Source of the DNA: a virus
Taxonomy: Duplodnaviria; Heunggongvirae; Uroviricota; Caudoviricetes
Length of the DNA stretch: 64,000 nucleotides
Reading direction: 5' to 3' (one strand)
IMG/VR virus record: IMGVR_UViG_3300031760_000004
Span: 28,294 to 92,293 of that record
The position numbers and the translations under genes are program-made. Positions 45,110 to 54,400 of the stretch are shown in pieces. A model generated the notes under the pieces. It was not told the DNA's origin, searched no databases, and worked only from the letters and a program-made list of their open reading frames with translations. Positions within the stretch are counted from its first letter, which is position 1, and each line of letters starts with the position of its first letter.

Positions 45110-46516
45110 ATGGCATTCAACTTCGACAATGCCGTCGGTTCCGAGCAGACTCAGAACCGCATGTTCAAGCAGGGCGTCAAGTACGCCTTCTTCAAGGCCG
45201 ACGACAAGCGGCCGATCACGTTCCGGCTCCTGCCGGCGTTCCCCGAGCACGACGGCCAGCTCACGGACGAGGACAAGGCCGGGTCATACGTGCCAGCAGT
45301 CACGCTCGTTGGCGGAAGGCCGGTCATCGCGGACTGGATCTTCGCTCTGAAGGTCAGCCGCTCCTACCAGAAGGGGGCCAACCCAATCGTCTCCCGCCGC
45401 ACCATCATCGAGCTCAACTCGGACGGCACGGTGGTGGAACAGGAGGACCCCCTCTCCCAGGTGCACGCCTACTGCCGCCAGTACGACAAGGACTGGGGAT
45501 ACATCGTCAAGGACGTCGGCGAGTGGGGGTCCAAGGACCGCGTGTCGGCCAAGCTCCCGTACTGCCGCCCCGAGTACGTCATGAACGTGCTCACCCTCGA
45601 CGACGACAGACCGGGCGTCAAGATCGGCGTGATCTCGTCCGGCATGGCCATCGCCTGCCTCATCTCCCAGAGGGAGGGGCACGAGGGTCTGGCCCTCCGC
45701 CAGCGCGACGAGGACATCCCCCAGGAGCGCATCGACGCCAACCCGTCCATCGTGTTCCAGTACGGCGACATCACCGACCCGAACTCGGCCCCGGTGTTCA
45801 AGTACGCAAAGGCTCTCGCGGAGGACAACTCCAAGAAGGTGTACAACATCTCGCTGTCCGCCATTTTGGACCCGTCCACCGGCCGCAAGCGCGTCGAGCG
45901 CATGGGCCTCACCACGGACCACATGGCGCTCCGGCAGGACCTGGCGCACCCCGAGACGTACGTCAACATCCCGACGCCGGAGGAGCAGGTCGCGCAGATC
46001 GTCGAGCGGTGCTGCGGGCGCAGCCCCAACGGCATACACGAGTACGGCATGCTCAAGGCGGCCCTCCCGGACTACGCGAGCCTCATCCCCGAGCCACCGA
46101 TGGCGCCGGGAGCGGTCAACCAGGTCCAGGGCTTCACGCCTCAGACGCAGGCACAATCCGCGCCGGCTGAGGAGCCCGTCGTCCAGCAGGCGACGATGGA
46201 TCCGGAGGCCCAGGTTGTCAAGACGACTACCACGGCTCCGGCCCATCAGTCCGTACACACGACGCATACGTTCAAGCCGGCGTCCACCGTGACGGCCCAG
46301 CGCCAGCCAGCTGCAACGGCACAGCCCCAGCAGGCGGCCCCGGTGTTCCGTCCGGCGTCGTCCGTGGCGAACGTAGTCCGCAAGGCCGCAGCTGCGGCCC
46401 CGGCTGAACCCGAGGCATCGGTGGCGGTCGCCAGCGGCGAAGGCCCCGTCGAGGGCGTTCCCGGCGAGGAGTTTTCCGAGGACGACTGGATGGCCAAGTA
46501 CAGCGGAGGTAAGTAA
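45110..46516 (+). CDS. Putative single-stranded DNA-binding protein (T4 gp32-like) with a long low-complexity linker and acidic C-terminal tail
   Basis: N-terminal KRPITFRLLPAFPEHDGQ resembles gp32 AVIRFLPSKNDEQ. Ala/Pro/Gln/Thr-rich linker. C-terminus EEFSEDDWMAKYSGGK. Located directly upstream of the UvsX/RecA-like gene. Confidence 0.5.
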   Translation: MAFNFDNAVGSEQTQNRMFKQGVKYAFFKADDKRPITFRLLPAFPEHDGQLTDEDKAGSYVPAVTLVGGRPVIADWIFALKVSRSYQKGANPIVSRRTIIELNSDGTVVEQEDPLSQVHAYCRQYDKDWGYIVKDVGEWGSKDRVSAKLPYCRPEYVMNVLTLDDDRPGVKIGVISSGMAIACLISQREGHEGLALRQRDEDIPQERIDANPSIVFQYGDITDPNSAPVFKYAKALAEDNSKKVYNISLSAILDPSTGRKRVERMGLTTDHMALRQDLAHPETYVNIPTPEEQVAQIVERCCGRSPNGIHEYGMLKAALPDYASLIPEPPMAPGAVNQVQGFTPQTQAQSAPAEEPVVQQATMDPEAQVVKTTTTAPAHQSVHTTHTFKPASTVTAQRQPAATAQPQQAAPVFRPASSVANVVRKAAAAAPAEPEASVAVASGEGPVEGVPGEEFSEDDWMAKYSGGK

Positions 46517-47862
46517 TGCCGAAGGCCAAGCTGGAGGGTCCCCGCAAGGGGACCATGCAGTCGCTCATGGGCCGGATGTACGCCGACTTCGGCGTGCAGA
46601 TGACCACGGGCGAGGAGTTCTCCAAGACCTGGCGCTACCTGACGTTCACCGACCCGAAGACCGGCCTGCCCTCCATAGCCCATGAGTGGATTGTGGGGGC
46701 GGCCGGATTCCGGGCCGGTACCGTCAACCAGCTGCGGGGGCTCGCCGCTACCGGCAAGTCCTCCATCTGCATGCTGGAGTACGCCAGCGCCATGCGCAAC
46801 GGCGGGGCGTTCTGCGCGCACCTCGAGACAGAGGGCGGCGGAATGGCCAACTCCAGAATCGCCGAGTTCGGGATGGACCCGCGACAGCTGGCCGTTCCGG
46901 ACTCCGTGGACTCGCTGGAGAATGCCGTCAAGTTCGTGGACACGTTCCGCTGCATCATCCGCGGCGGCGACGGTGGCTCCATCAACGAGCTCGGGCGCAA
47001 GTCCGCCACGAAGTTCAAGACCGAGGACGCCGAGGACCCGAAGTGCGAGAAGCCGATTCTCATCGGCATCGACTCGCTGTCGGACCTTGGAAAGGACGAC
47101 GACGTCAACACCGACGTGGCCGACATGACCAGGGCCAAGCAGCCTGGGTGGTTCCCGCGGCAGATCAAGGCGTGGTTCAGGGACAGGAAGAAAAAGTACG
47201 AAAAACAGCTCGTCACCCTCTTCCTGACCTCCCAGGAGACCACAAAGATCGCCACGGGCGCGTCCTCGTTCCTGCCGCCGGAGAAGACCTCCGTGGCCGG
47301 CGACGCAATCAAGTTCGAGGCAACCGTCGCCCTGGACCTGTCTATCAAGGACTGGAAGGACAAGTCTGGCGTCAAGATCGGACGCGAGGTGATGCTCAAG
47401 TGCTTCAAGAGCAAGCTGGGCTGCAACCTCGGCCGAAAGGTGTCGTTCTTCCTGACTGACCACGACGGGTTCGACTTCATCCACGCCGACGCCGAGTTCC
47501 TGCTCGGAAAGGACTCGCCGTTCAAGGACGGAGGGGCCTTCCCCGGGACACGCCTGTGCTACCGGCACTCGCAGGGCATCACCTGCCGGCCGCTGGGAGA
47601 CAGGGCGTTCAAGACCGAGGAGGAGTTCATCCGGGCGTTCTACGCGAACAAGGAGGTTCTGGACAGGTGCCGCGACTGGATGTTCACATACGGTTACGGA
47701 CTGCCTCACGAGACGAGGTACAAGGACAGCTTCGACGCCGACGGCAAGTGGGTCGGCGGAGAGGCGTCCGCGAAGCCTCCGACGAGCGAACCGGACGCCG
47801 ACGAGTTGATCGACCCTGAGCTTGACGGCTCGGACACCGATGAACCCGTTGACGAGATCTAA
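46516..47862 (+). CDS. RecA/UvsX-family recombinase
   Basis: Walker A GLAATGKSSICM. Walker B-like ILIGIDSLSDL. RecA-fold core. Acidic C-terminal tail. Confidence 0.75.
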   Translation: MPKAKLEGPRKGTMQSLMGRMYADFGVQMTTGEEFSKTWRYLTFTDPKTGLPSIAHEWIVGAAGFRAGTVNQLRGLAATGKSSICMLEYASAMRNGGAFCAHLETEGGGMANSRIAEFGMDPRQLAVPDSVDSLENAVKFVDTFRCIIRGGDGGSINELGRKSATKFKTEDAEDPKCEKPILIGIDSLSDLGKDDDVNTDVADMTRAKQPGWFPRQIKAWFRDRKKKYEKQLVTLFLTSQETTKIATGASSFLPPEKTSVAGDAIKFEATVALDLSIKDWKDKSGVKIGREVMLKCFKSKLGCNLGRKVSFFLTDHDGFDFIHADAEFLLGKDSPFKDGGAFPGTRLCYRHSQGITCRPLGDRAFKTEEEFIRAFYANKEVLDRCRDWMFTYGYGLPHETRYKDSFDADGKWVGGEASAKPPTSEPDADELIDPELDGSDTDEPVDEI

Positions 47863-47874
47863 TCAATCCACACG

Positions 47875-47926
47875 CCCCGCCGCCCGGTCTTTTCATGCTT
47901 TTCAGCCGGGCGGCGGGGCTTTTTTC
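47875..47926 (+). terminator. Strong rho-independent terminator (13-bp GC stem plus T-run)
   Basis: CCCCGCCGCCCGG-tcttttcatgcttttcag-CCGGGCGGCGGGG-CTTTTTTC, immediately after the recombinase gene. Confidence 0.7.
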
Positions 47927-47939
47927 ATTTGGAGGAGCC

Positions 47940-48293
47940 ATGACCAGGAAAGAGAAGGAAAGCCTCATACGAGAGGACTACGCCAAGATAATCGCGTGGA
48001 TGGACAAGAACGTTATCCCAGGCAACCCGTGGCCCGAGGGGCACGACTGCTTCTATCTTGTACGGCGAGACGGGGGCATATACGCCTGGTTCGGCGTATC
48101 GTCAACCGACAGCGTCGGCAGACAGTTCACAAGGATAAGGTTCGAGGGCGCCCACTCGGACATACTTGACATACCGGATGAGGGTCGCGGAATCCAGGAG
48201 ATGGAGGACGTGATACTGAAATGGCACGAGGAGAAGGAGCACATCCTGAACCAACTAAACTACGCTAACCGCATAAGGGACTTTGAACCATGA
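47940..48293 (+). CDS. Hypothetical protein
   Basis: Internal Met (ribosome-binding site GGAGGAGCCATG) after the terminator, ORF 47895..48293. Confidence 0.45.
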   Translation: MTRKEKESLIREDYAKIIAWMDKNVIPGNPWPEGHDCFYLVRRDGGIYAWFGVSSTDSVGRQFTRIRFEGAHSDILDIPDEGRGIQEMEDVILKWHEEKEHILNQLNYANRIRDFEP

Positions 48294-48538
48294 AGAACGA
48301 CGACGTGACTAGAATGGAGACGCTGTGCTACGAGGCGCAGCTCAAGGTCGAGGAGGCCGGACAGATCCTCTGCCCCGAGACGGGCGAGGCGGCAAACATG
48401 GTCCGCAACCTCATCGGAACGGCCATAGCGGCCATTGAGGACGTCATACACCACTGTTACGTGCTTCGAGACACCGTGGAGCCGTTCTACGACAATTCCG
48501 TTGAGGAGCCTGAAGATGAGGACGGTGGGAAACAGTAA
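48290..48538 (+). CDS. Hypothetical small acidic protein
   Basis: 82 aa. ATGA overlap. Confidence 0.4.
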   Translation: MKNDDVTRMETLCYEAQLKVEEAGQILCPETGEAANMVRNLIGTAIAAIEDVIHHCYVLRDTVEPFYDNSVEEPEDEDGGKQ

Positions 48539-48710
48539 GGTCAGAAAGGCCGGCATAGCGGCGGCAGTCGCGATGCTGTGCCTATCCTATGTGTGTTTCC
48601 TCCGGGTAAACATAGTCGGGTTCTTCGCGTTTCTAATGACAGCCTGTGCGCTTGGCGTGATATTCGGAGAAGATCCGCCAAAGCCAGGCAATTCCGGAGT
48701 TTCACAGTGA
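48516..48710 (+). CDS. Small membrane protein
   Basis: Internal Met of ORF 48435..48710. IAAAVAMLCLSYVCFLRVNIVGFFAFLMTACALGVIFG. Confidence 0.35.
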   Translation: MRTVGNSKVRKAGIAAAVAMLCLSYVCFLRVNIVGFFAFLMTACALGVIFGEDPPKPGNSGVSQ

Positions 48711-49051
48711 ACAGGATAAAGAAAAAGGTAACCGGAGAGCAGTTCAAGGACTTAGTAGAGGACTACTACAAGGACTGGGAGGAGGCCAAGAACAACCTCA
48801 AGTACACGACGCTGAACCTGATCGTTGGAATGCTCGGCATGTTCCACAACAAGACATGCTGGCTGACCACGGTGTCCTGGGGCGAGTACAACGTGGTGTA
48901 CGTCAGGCTTGCCAGCCGTGACAAGGATCCCCAGGTTGTATTCATGTCGGATTTCGACGGGGTTGAACGCGATGTGTTCGACCTGCCGTTCGAGGACATG
49001 GCCGCAGTCGCAGAGGAGCTCCACGACATCATTACACATAGGACGGTTTGA
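48707..49051 (+). CDS. Hypothetical protein (GTG start overlapping upstream stop)
   Basis: VNRIKKKVTGEQFKDLVEDYYKDWEE... in ORF 48578..49051. Start is uncertain. Confidence 0.4.
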   Translation: MNRIKKKVTGEQFKDLVEDYYKDWEEAKNNLKYTTLNLIVGMLGMFHNKTCWLTTVSWGEYNVVYVRLASRDKDPQVVFMSDFDGVERDVFDLPFEDMAAVAEELHDIITHRTV

Positions 49052-49052
49052 C

Positions 49053-49466
49053 ATGACGATTCCAGAGGTTGTAAAGGCGATGCGCCACTCCGTTCGGCCG
49101 GTAAGCTACGGTGGCGACATAGTGAGCGCCACGATGCCCGTTCCGGCTGACATCGAACTGTGGGCCCGCCATGTTGAAGAGGCGTACGGCGAGCTGGTGT
49201 CGGAACTGGCCAAGTTAAGTCGCGGCATGGACGGCATGCATCCGAATGACTGCGACGCCTGCGAACCGTCAGACGAGTATCTCAAGGAATACGCCGAGTC
49301 CGTTGACGCCAAGTACCCTCCGGTAGAGGGTGACGACGCCTGGACTGAGGACGCCAAGTGGGACATGGACTGCTGCGAGCAGTGCGGCAACCGAGACTGC
49401 GCCGCGGTCAAGTTCCGCGAGTTCGTAAATAGGCTAAAGGAGGAGAAGGCAAGATGCGAAAAGTGA
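49053..49466 (+). CDS. Hypothetical Cys-containing protein
   Basis: Internal Met (MTIPEVVKAMRH...) of ORF 48909..49466. CDACEP...CCEQCGNRDC. Confidence 0.45.
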   Translation: MTIPEVVKAMRHSVRPVSYGGDIVSATMPVPADIELWARHVEEAYGELVSELAKLSRGMDGMHPNDCDACEPSDEYLKEYAESVDAKYPPVEGDDAWTEDAKWDMDCCEQCGNRDCAAVKFREFVNRLKEEKARCEK

Positions 49467-50569
49467 GGATCATGCACATTGGCGACCTTCATCTGGGCAC
49501 CCGGCAGTACGGGATGGCCCGGAGGGAGGAGGACTTCTACGACGCTCTGAACCGCGTCAAGAAGCTGGCATTGGAAAACGATGTCGACATCGTCATCATA
49601 TCGGGCGACGTGTTCGACAGCCCCAAGCCTCCGGCCCGCGCCGTTTTCGAGCTGTCGGAGTTCGTGAGGGCGTTGTCCGGATGCGGGATAAATGTCTGCG
49701 GCATAGAGGGAAACCACGACCTCACCCAGGACAACTACTGGCTGAGCGTGTGCGGGATAAGGCCCCTCGACGGACTGCTAGAAGGCGTCGGGTATTCCAA
49801 GGGCATCGCGTACGTCACCGGGTTCAACTTCTGCCGGAGCGAGGAGCTCCTCGACAAGCTGGACAAGCTGGCTGACTTCTGCGGTGACACGTCACGGTAT
49901 CCGGTTATAGTGCTCCACTGCGGAGTGGCGGAGATGGGCGCCGGTTTCAACCCGGACCTGTCGGTGCACCAGCTCGTTCCGGCGCTGAAGAAGGTCGGGT
50001 GCAAATACTGCGCACTTGGACACATCCACATCCCGATGGAGCAGAAGGTGGACGACATCTGGTTCGTGCAGCCGGGAAGCCTCGAGATGAAGAGCGTCGA
50101 CGAGCCGCAGGACAAGTCGGTCGAGATCTTCGAGCTGGACAAGGACACCGGTGAGGTGCTGGGTCTGACGAAGTTCCCGTACCAGACGCGCAGGATCGTG
50201 TTCGAGAACGTCAACACGGACGAGGACGTGGACCGCATTCTGGCCACGTCTCCCGACTCAATCAGCGACAACCTGACGGTGTGCTACGTGTCAAACGCCA
50301 TTCAAAACGGAGTATCCCGGCTGTCCGACTTCGGAAAGGACAACGGGCTCATGTTCAGAGTGGTGCCGGTAGGAGATCCGGAGACGCGAAGCAAGACCGA
50401 CGACTTCGACAGGCACAGCAGCATGAACCTGCTCCAGATGGCCGTCGAGACGTTCTTCGAGAAGGACTCCGACCAGTACAGGATGGTGATGGACATTCTG
50501 TCCACAGGCAACCCCAGGATGGTGGTTGAGAAGTTCATGAACGACAACAACAATGAGGAGGAGAAGTAA
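49454..50569 (+). CDS. sbcD: SbcD/Mre11-like nuclease (T4 gp47-like)
   Basis: Calcineurin-like phosphoesterase motifs IMHIGDLHLG, GDVFD, GNHD, and LGHIH. Confidence 0.8.
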   Translation: MRKVRIMHIGDLHLGTRQYGMARREEDFYDALNRVKKLALENDVDIVIISGDVFDSPKPPARAVFELSEFVRALSGCGINVCGIEGNHDLTQDNYWLSVCGIRPLDGLLEGVGYSKGIAYVTGFNFCRSEELLDKLDKLADFCGDTSRYPVIVLHCGVAEMGAGFNPDLSVHQLVPALKKVGCKYCALGHIHIPMEQKVDDIWFVQPGSLEMKSVDEPQDKSVEIFELDKDTGEVLGLTKFPYQTRRIVFENVNTDEDVDRILATSPDSISDNLTVCYVSNAIQNGVSRLSDFGKDNGLMFRVVPVGDPETRSKTDDFDRHSSMNLLQMAVETFFEKDSDQYRMVMDILSTGNPRMVVEKFMNDNNNEEEK

Positions 50570-50570
50570 C

Positions 50571-50939
50571 ATGGGAATGGAACTGAAGGTAAGTATCTCG
50601 ATGTCTGACGGGGACATGTACCCCAACGAAGTGATCGTGAATCGGAACTTCGAAGTTGGTCTGCCGTGGGCGCCCGGCAACCACAATGCCGAATCGGCCC
50701 TTGTAGAGGCCATAAGTAGCATTGTCAGCTTCGGCGAGGTCATCGGAGAGCTGCATGAAGAGCTCACTGTCAAGTACGACGAGAAACTCGCCAAGAAGGC
50801 GGCCGAGGAGTCTGAGAAGCTCAAGATGGACGAGGAGCGAGGAGATCCACAGGAGCCCGCGGAGCCCGAGGAGCCTGCGGAACCAGCCGAACCAGCTCCT
50901 GAAAGCGCAAACCAGGATGACACCGAGGTGCCGCAATGA
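50571..50939 (+). CDS. Hypothetical acidic protein
   Basis: Internal Met of ORF 50553..50939. Confidence 0.45.
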   Translation: MGMELKVSISMSDGDMYPNEVIVNRNFEVGLPWAPGNHNAESALVEAISSIVSFGEVIGELHEELTVKYDEKLAKKAAEESEKLKMDEERGDPQEPAEPEEPAEPAEPAPESANQDDTEVPQ

Positions 50940-51457
50940 TGATTGTGCCTCTGTTTCTGCACGTCGAGTTCGAACCGACCGACGAAAAACCGACCCCTGC
51001 CACCCCGGTGGCGGGGGTTTTTCTGGGATACATGACGGACAACGGTCTGTCAGTGTCATCGTTCAAGGCCGATGAAAACACGGACGACCGCGCCATGTGG
51101 TACGATGTATCGCGCTATCTGCACGATTTCACCACGCAGGTGGCAAACACGCGCATCATCGGGTGGGACCTGCGGAACCTGGAATGGCCGGCGGTGGTGG
51201 CGAACATCGTGAAGCACGGTCACAAGATTCCAAGATGGCTTCTGCTTCCCCTGGACGAGAAGTGGAACAAGGCCCCCCTCGTGGACCTCAAGAACATATT
51301 CGTGCAAGGCGGGTTCATCGAGGCTGACAAGTGGCCCGGGATATGGGACGTGTATTTCGCGCTGCTGGGCCAGTACGGGGGCGACGCCGGCGACGGCGAA
51401 AACTTTGTAAAGGCGTGCTCGGAGATATACGGGCTATACGAGAAAGCGTTAAGTTAA
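50936..51457 (+). CDS. Hypothetical protein
   Basis: 173 aa. ATGA overlap. Confidence 0.5.
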   Translation: MMIVPLFLHVEFEPTDEKPTPATPVAGVFLGYMTDNGLSVSSFKADENTDDRAMWYDVSRYLHDFTTQVANTRIIGWDLRNLEWPAVVANIVKHGHKIPRWLLLPLDEKWNKAPLVDLKNIFVQGGFIEADKWPGIWDVYFALLGQYGGDAGDGENFVKACSEIYGLYEKALS

Positions 51458-51467
51458 GGAGTGTAAC

Positions 51468-51710
51468 ATGAAAACCATTACCGATAAGGAGATGGCGGAG
51501 ATAACCGACTCAATCGAGAGTCGCATCGCCGAGGCGCTCACGCCGCTGTACAACCAGCTGGCCGAGCAATACGGGTTTCCTCGCACAAACGAGGACGACA
51601 TGTACGACGAAGGGATCGACACCGGGTTCATACCTGACATGCGAGAACTGGCCGTAAGACTGTTCGAGCATCTTGGCATGGACGTCCAGGGTGACGGAAA
51701 GGGATTTTGA
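51468..51710 (+). CDS. Hypothetical small acidic protein
   Basis: 80 aa. Ribosome-binding site AAGGAGTGTAACATG. Confidence 0.4.
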   Translation: MKTITDKEMAEITDSIESRIAEALTPLYNQLAEQYGFPRTNEDDMYDEGIDTGFIPDMRELAVRLFEHLGMDVQGDGKGF

Positions 51711-51711
51711 C

Positions 51712-52254
51712 ATGGAGCTGGAAGAGTTTTTCAGCGACTTGCCAGAGCCTACACGGTCAGAGTGCCGAAGGCTTGTGGCCGCCGCAATTGATGTCAAGTC
51801 GGGCAAGCTGGCAGAGGCCGTGATAAAGCTGCAGGCGTTCATGGCCAACTGGCGCGTGGACCACCCCGACCTTCCGCTGGTACCAAGGTCGGACTTCAGG
51901 AACGTCGAGGACAACCGGCCGCCCACGGACAAGCAGAAGGAGTACGCGCTCAAGGTGTCGATATACACCGGTGTGCGGCTCCCGGCGAAGTTCACCAGGT
52001 CGGAGGTCTCAAAGTTCTTGGATGAGAACGCCCCGAAGTTCTACAAGATCCTGGCGGACGCACGTGAGCAGGGTGAGAATGCCGAACCTCTCATATCGGA
52101 GGAAGAGGCCGTTATGGACCTGAAGTCTGGAGCGTCATGCAGCGTCAGTTCCGGAAGCTCCGGGTGCAAGCGGTGCCAGGAGCGCCGTAAGGAATACGTG
52201 GAGAACCACAAGGATGACGCGGAAGTACAGTATGCTGACGAGATGCCGTTCTAG
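51712..52254 (+). CDS. Hypothetical protein
   Basis: Internal Met (MELEEFFSDLPEP...) of ORF 51673..52254. Confidence 0.45.
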   Translation: MELEEFFSDLPEPTRSECRRLVAAAIDVKSGKLAEAVIKLQAFMANWRVDHPDLPLVPRSDFRNVEDNRPPTDKQKEYALKVSIYTGVRLPAKFTRSEVSKFLDENAPKFYKILADAREQGENAEPLISEEEAVMDLKSGASCSVSSGSSGCKRCQERRKEYVENHKDDAEVQYADEMPF

Positions 52255-52262
52255 GAGGAACT

Positions 52263-52625
52263 ATGTGGGACAACATACTGGGCGGTCTGCTGTTTCTTCT
52301 GGCCGTATCATTTGTGGTCTTGATATGCGTGTCGATATCCCATGAGGACACATATCGCGGATTCGACCACATCAGGAGACGGATAAGCTGCATACGCAGC
52401 CGAAAGTTCAGGGACAACAGGATCAAGTGCTTCCGCGGCGCCGGCGCCGGGGACATAAAATGCGAGTACTGCTTTGACCGCGAAAAGTGCTGGGACGAGT
52501 GCTGGAATGTGGTCAAGGCGGAACTGGACAAGGAGATCGAGAGGAGGAAGGCGCATGGACGTAAAACTGACGAACGGGCAGAAGGCGGCGCTTGTCCAGG
52601 AGATAATACACTACCTGGATGTTGA
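52263..52625 (+). CDS. Small membrane protein with a Cys-rich C-terminal part
   Basis: 120 aa. N-terminal TM LGGLLFLLAVSFVVLICVSI. Confidence 0.4.
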   Translation: MWDNILGGLLFLLAVSFVVLICVSISHEDTYRGFDHIRRRISCIRSRKFRDNRIKCFRGAGAGDIKCEYCFDREKCWDECWNVVKAELDKEIERRKAHGRKTDERAEGGACPGDNTLPGC

Positions 52626-52782
52626 CTGCTATGACTTCACCGTCTCGACCGGAAGAGTCAAGATCTCATGCGAGGAGATCCCGCCGGCTGAAACGGGGGG
52701 GGGGGCAAATACGAGACCGGGCACAAGGAGAACCAATGAAGGACATCAGAAAACTGTTCCGGGACGCGATATCCCGGCTTAA
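52555..52782 (+). CDS. Hypothetical small ORF whose 3' part contains an 11-G homopolymer tract (possible upstream half of a slippage-fused gene)
   Basis: MDVKLTNGQKAALVQEI... In frame it ends after the G-tract. Frame 2 downstream carries the 52736 gene. Confidence 0.3.
   Translation: MDVKLTNGQKAALVQEIIHYLDVDCYDFTVSTGRVKISCEEIPPAETGGGANTRPGTRRTNEGHQKTVPGRDIPA
52695..52705 (+). repeat. G11 homopolymer tract
   Basis: gaaacGGGGGGGGGGGcaaat. Located at the junction of overlapping ORFs in frame 1 (52555..52782) and frame 2 (52619..53251). Confidence 0.8.
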
Positions 52783-53251
52783 GGAGCGTGGTCACAAGAC
52801 ACTGTACGTAGCCGTTGACGCCCACGGCACGATAATCAGGCCGTCCAAGAAGACCGTAATGCAGATGGCCGACGGGGATGACAAGCCCTCAGAGGTGGTA
52901 TGCAGGTGCGGATGCACGCCGGAGTTCGAGTTCTACCCATACGCTCGCATAGCCCTTGCCAGTATGGCAGACGCCGGCGTGAGGCTGATCCTTTGGACCA
53001 GCACTCTGGATTCATACGGGCTTCTTCAGCGGTTAAGGCGGGAAGGAATCGGAATAACCGACTTCAACGACAATCCCGACTTCAGGCTTACACCGTACGC
53101 GGACTTCTCAAAGAAGTTTTACTTCGATGTCCTCTTGGACGACAAGGCCGGGTTCGACCCTATGCACGACTGGGAGAAGATTTTCGAAATCGACTTCGAT
53201 AAGGAGTTAAAGCAGGAGGGTTCTGCAAATGAGCGAGAACGAGAACGATAA
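52736..53251 (+). CDS. Hypothetical protein (possibly HAD-like phosphatase fold)
   Basis: Internal Met (MKDIRKLFRD...) of ORF 52619..53251. LYVAVDAHGTII is loosely similar to HAD motif I. Uncertain. Confidence 0.4.
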   Translation: MKDIRKLFRDAISRLKERGHKTLYVAVDAHGTIIRPSKKTVMQMADGDDKPSEVVCRCGCTPEFEFYPYARIALASMADAGVRLILWTSTLDSYGLLQRLRREGIGITDFNDNPDFRLTPYADFSKKFYFDVLLDDKAGFDPMHDWEKIFEIDFDKELKQEGSANERERER

Positions 53252-54143
53252 TGAATGCACGTACTGCGACATCATGTTCGCGAACGCCGGCAGAACCAGC
53301 AAGAGCAAGCTGCCGGGGCTGATAAGGGAGCTGCTTCCACACCGCGGCGGCGACCAGATGAGATTCGTACTGGACGTCGGCTGCGCGGACGGCCGATTCA
53401 CGCGATGTTTGAAGAACAGCCTTCCTGACGACGTGGGCGTGATCGGCCTTGAGCCGAACAGGCAAAGATACCGTAAGGCTCAGAAGCTGATGGACGGTGA
53501 CGGACGGCTGTCGTTCATTAACAATCAGTTCGACAATTCGTACGCTGATGGCAGGGGTGACTTCGACTGCATCCTGTTCTCGTCCTCGATGCACGAGATA
53601 TCGTCGGCATGCCCAGATAAGATTGACCGGTACACCACGATTCCGATAAGGGTGGCTCTCAAGAAGGCGGCAGGCCTCCTGCGCAAGGACGGCGTAGTCG
53701 TGGTGCGCGACTTTGTCAAGGTCTGTAACTGGGAATATGGCTCCGTGGAGGTCGTATTCACGACCGAGGAAATTGAAAACCAATTCCTGAGGTACGTCAG
53801 GGAATGCCCGTTCATAGACTATGGCGGTAGCTTTGTGTTCAGCATGAGCAAGGTCTATCAAAAGCAGGCCATATTCAAGATAAGGGCTGACCTGTTCCTC
53901 GAGTTCATGCTGTGCAGGACATGGGGGGAGAACGCGTGGAAACGAGAGGTGAAGGAGCGCAAGCTCATCCTCAGCAAGGAAATGTGGAAGACCGCGTTCG
54001 AGGAAGCCGGGCTTACCGATGTAACCGCGGAGACACACACCGAGGAATACCCGGATTTCTTCAAGAACGCGGCGTTTGTAGTGAGCCCGGCCGGGTGGTC
54101 GTGGCCCGATCTCTCAATCACCATAACAGGTAGGAAGAAGTGA
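53229..54143 (+). CDS. Class I SAM-dependent methyltransferase
   Basis: Motif I VLDVGCADGRFT. Acidic post-I D. Slightly AT-richer codon composition than its neighbours. Confidence 0.6.
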   Translation: MSENENDNECTYCDIMFANAGRTSKSKLPGLIRELLPHRGGDQMRFVLDVGCADGRFTRCLKNSLPDDVGVIGLEPNRQRYRKAQKLMDGDGRLSFINNQFDNSYADGRGDFDCILFSSSMHEISSACPDKIDRYTTIPIRVALKKAAGLLRKDGVVVVRDFVKVCNWEYGSVEVVFTTEEIENQFLRYVRECPFIDYGGSFVFSMSKVYQKQAIFKIRADLFLEFMLCRTWGENAWKREVKERKLILSKEMWKTAFEEAGLTDVTAETHTEEYPDFFKNAAFVVSPAGWSWPDLSITITGRKK

Positions 54144-54400
54144 CAAACCCAGTTACCAATATTCACCAGAGCGACACAGTGTCGGTTCTGGCGGAGCTTG
54201 AAACAGGCTATAGGGCCTTGAGGTCCGCGGCATCCGACATAATGGACGGTAAAGCGGGAAGAGGATACGACCCGCCTCTTCTGCCAAGACTTAACCAGGC
54301 CATGGACCTGGTACAAGATGTGCAGCGCGACATAATGCTGGTCTCGGCGATGGCGTTGCGCGTAACAGAGAAGGAGAACAAGGAGAACGACAATGACTAA
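54140..54400 (+). CDS. Hypothetical small protein
   Basis: 86 aa. Confidence 0.4.
   Translation: MTNPVTNIHQSDTVSVLAELETGYRALRSAASDIMDGKAGRGYDPPLLPRLNQAMDLVQDVQRDIMLVSAMALRVTEKENKENDND

Noticed and set aside
41738-47709. Series of long minus-strand ORFs (41738-43510 590 aa, 43529-44527 332 aa, 45284-46267 327 aa, 46246-47709 487 aa)
   Set aside because: They are antisense to DNA polymerase, gp32-like and RecA-like genes whose products carry clear catalytic motifs. The translations are Arg/Gly/Val/Pro-rich with no motifs, which makes them high-GC artefacts.
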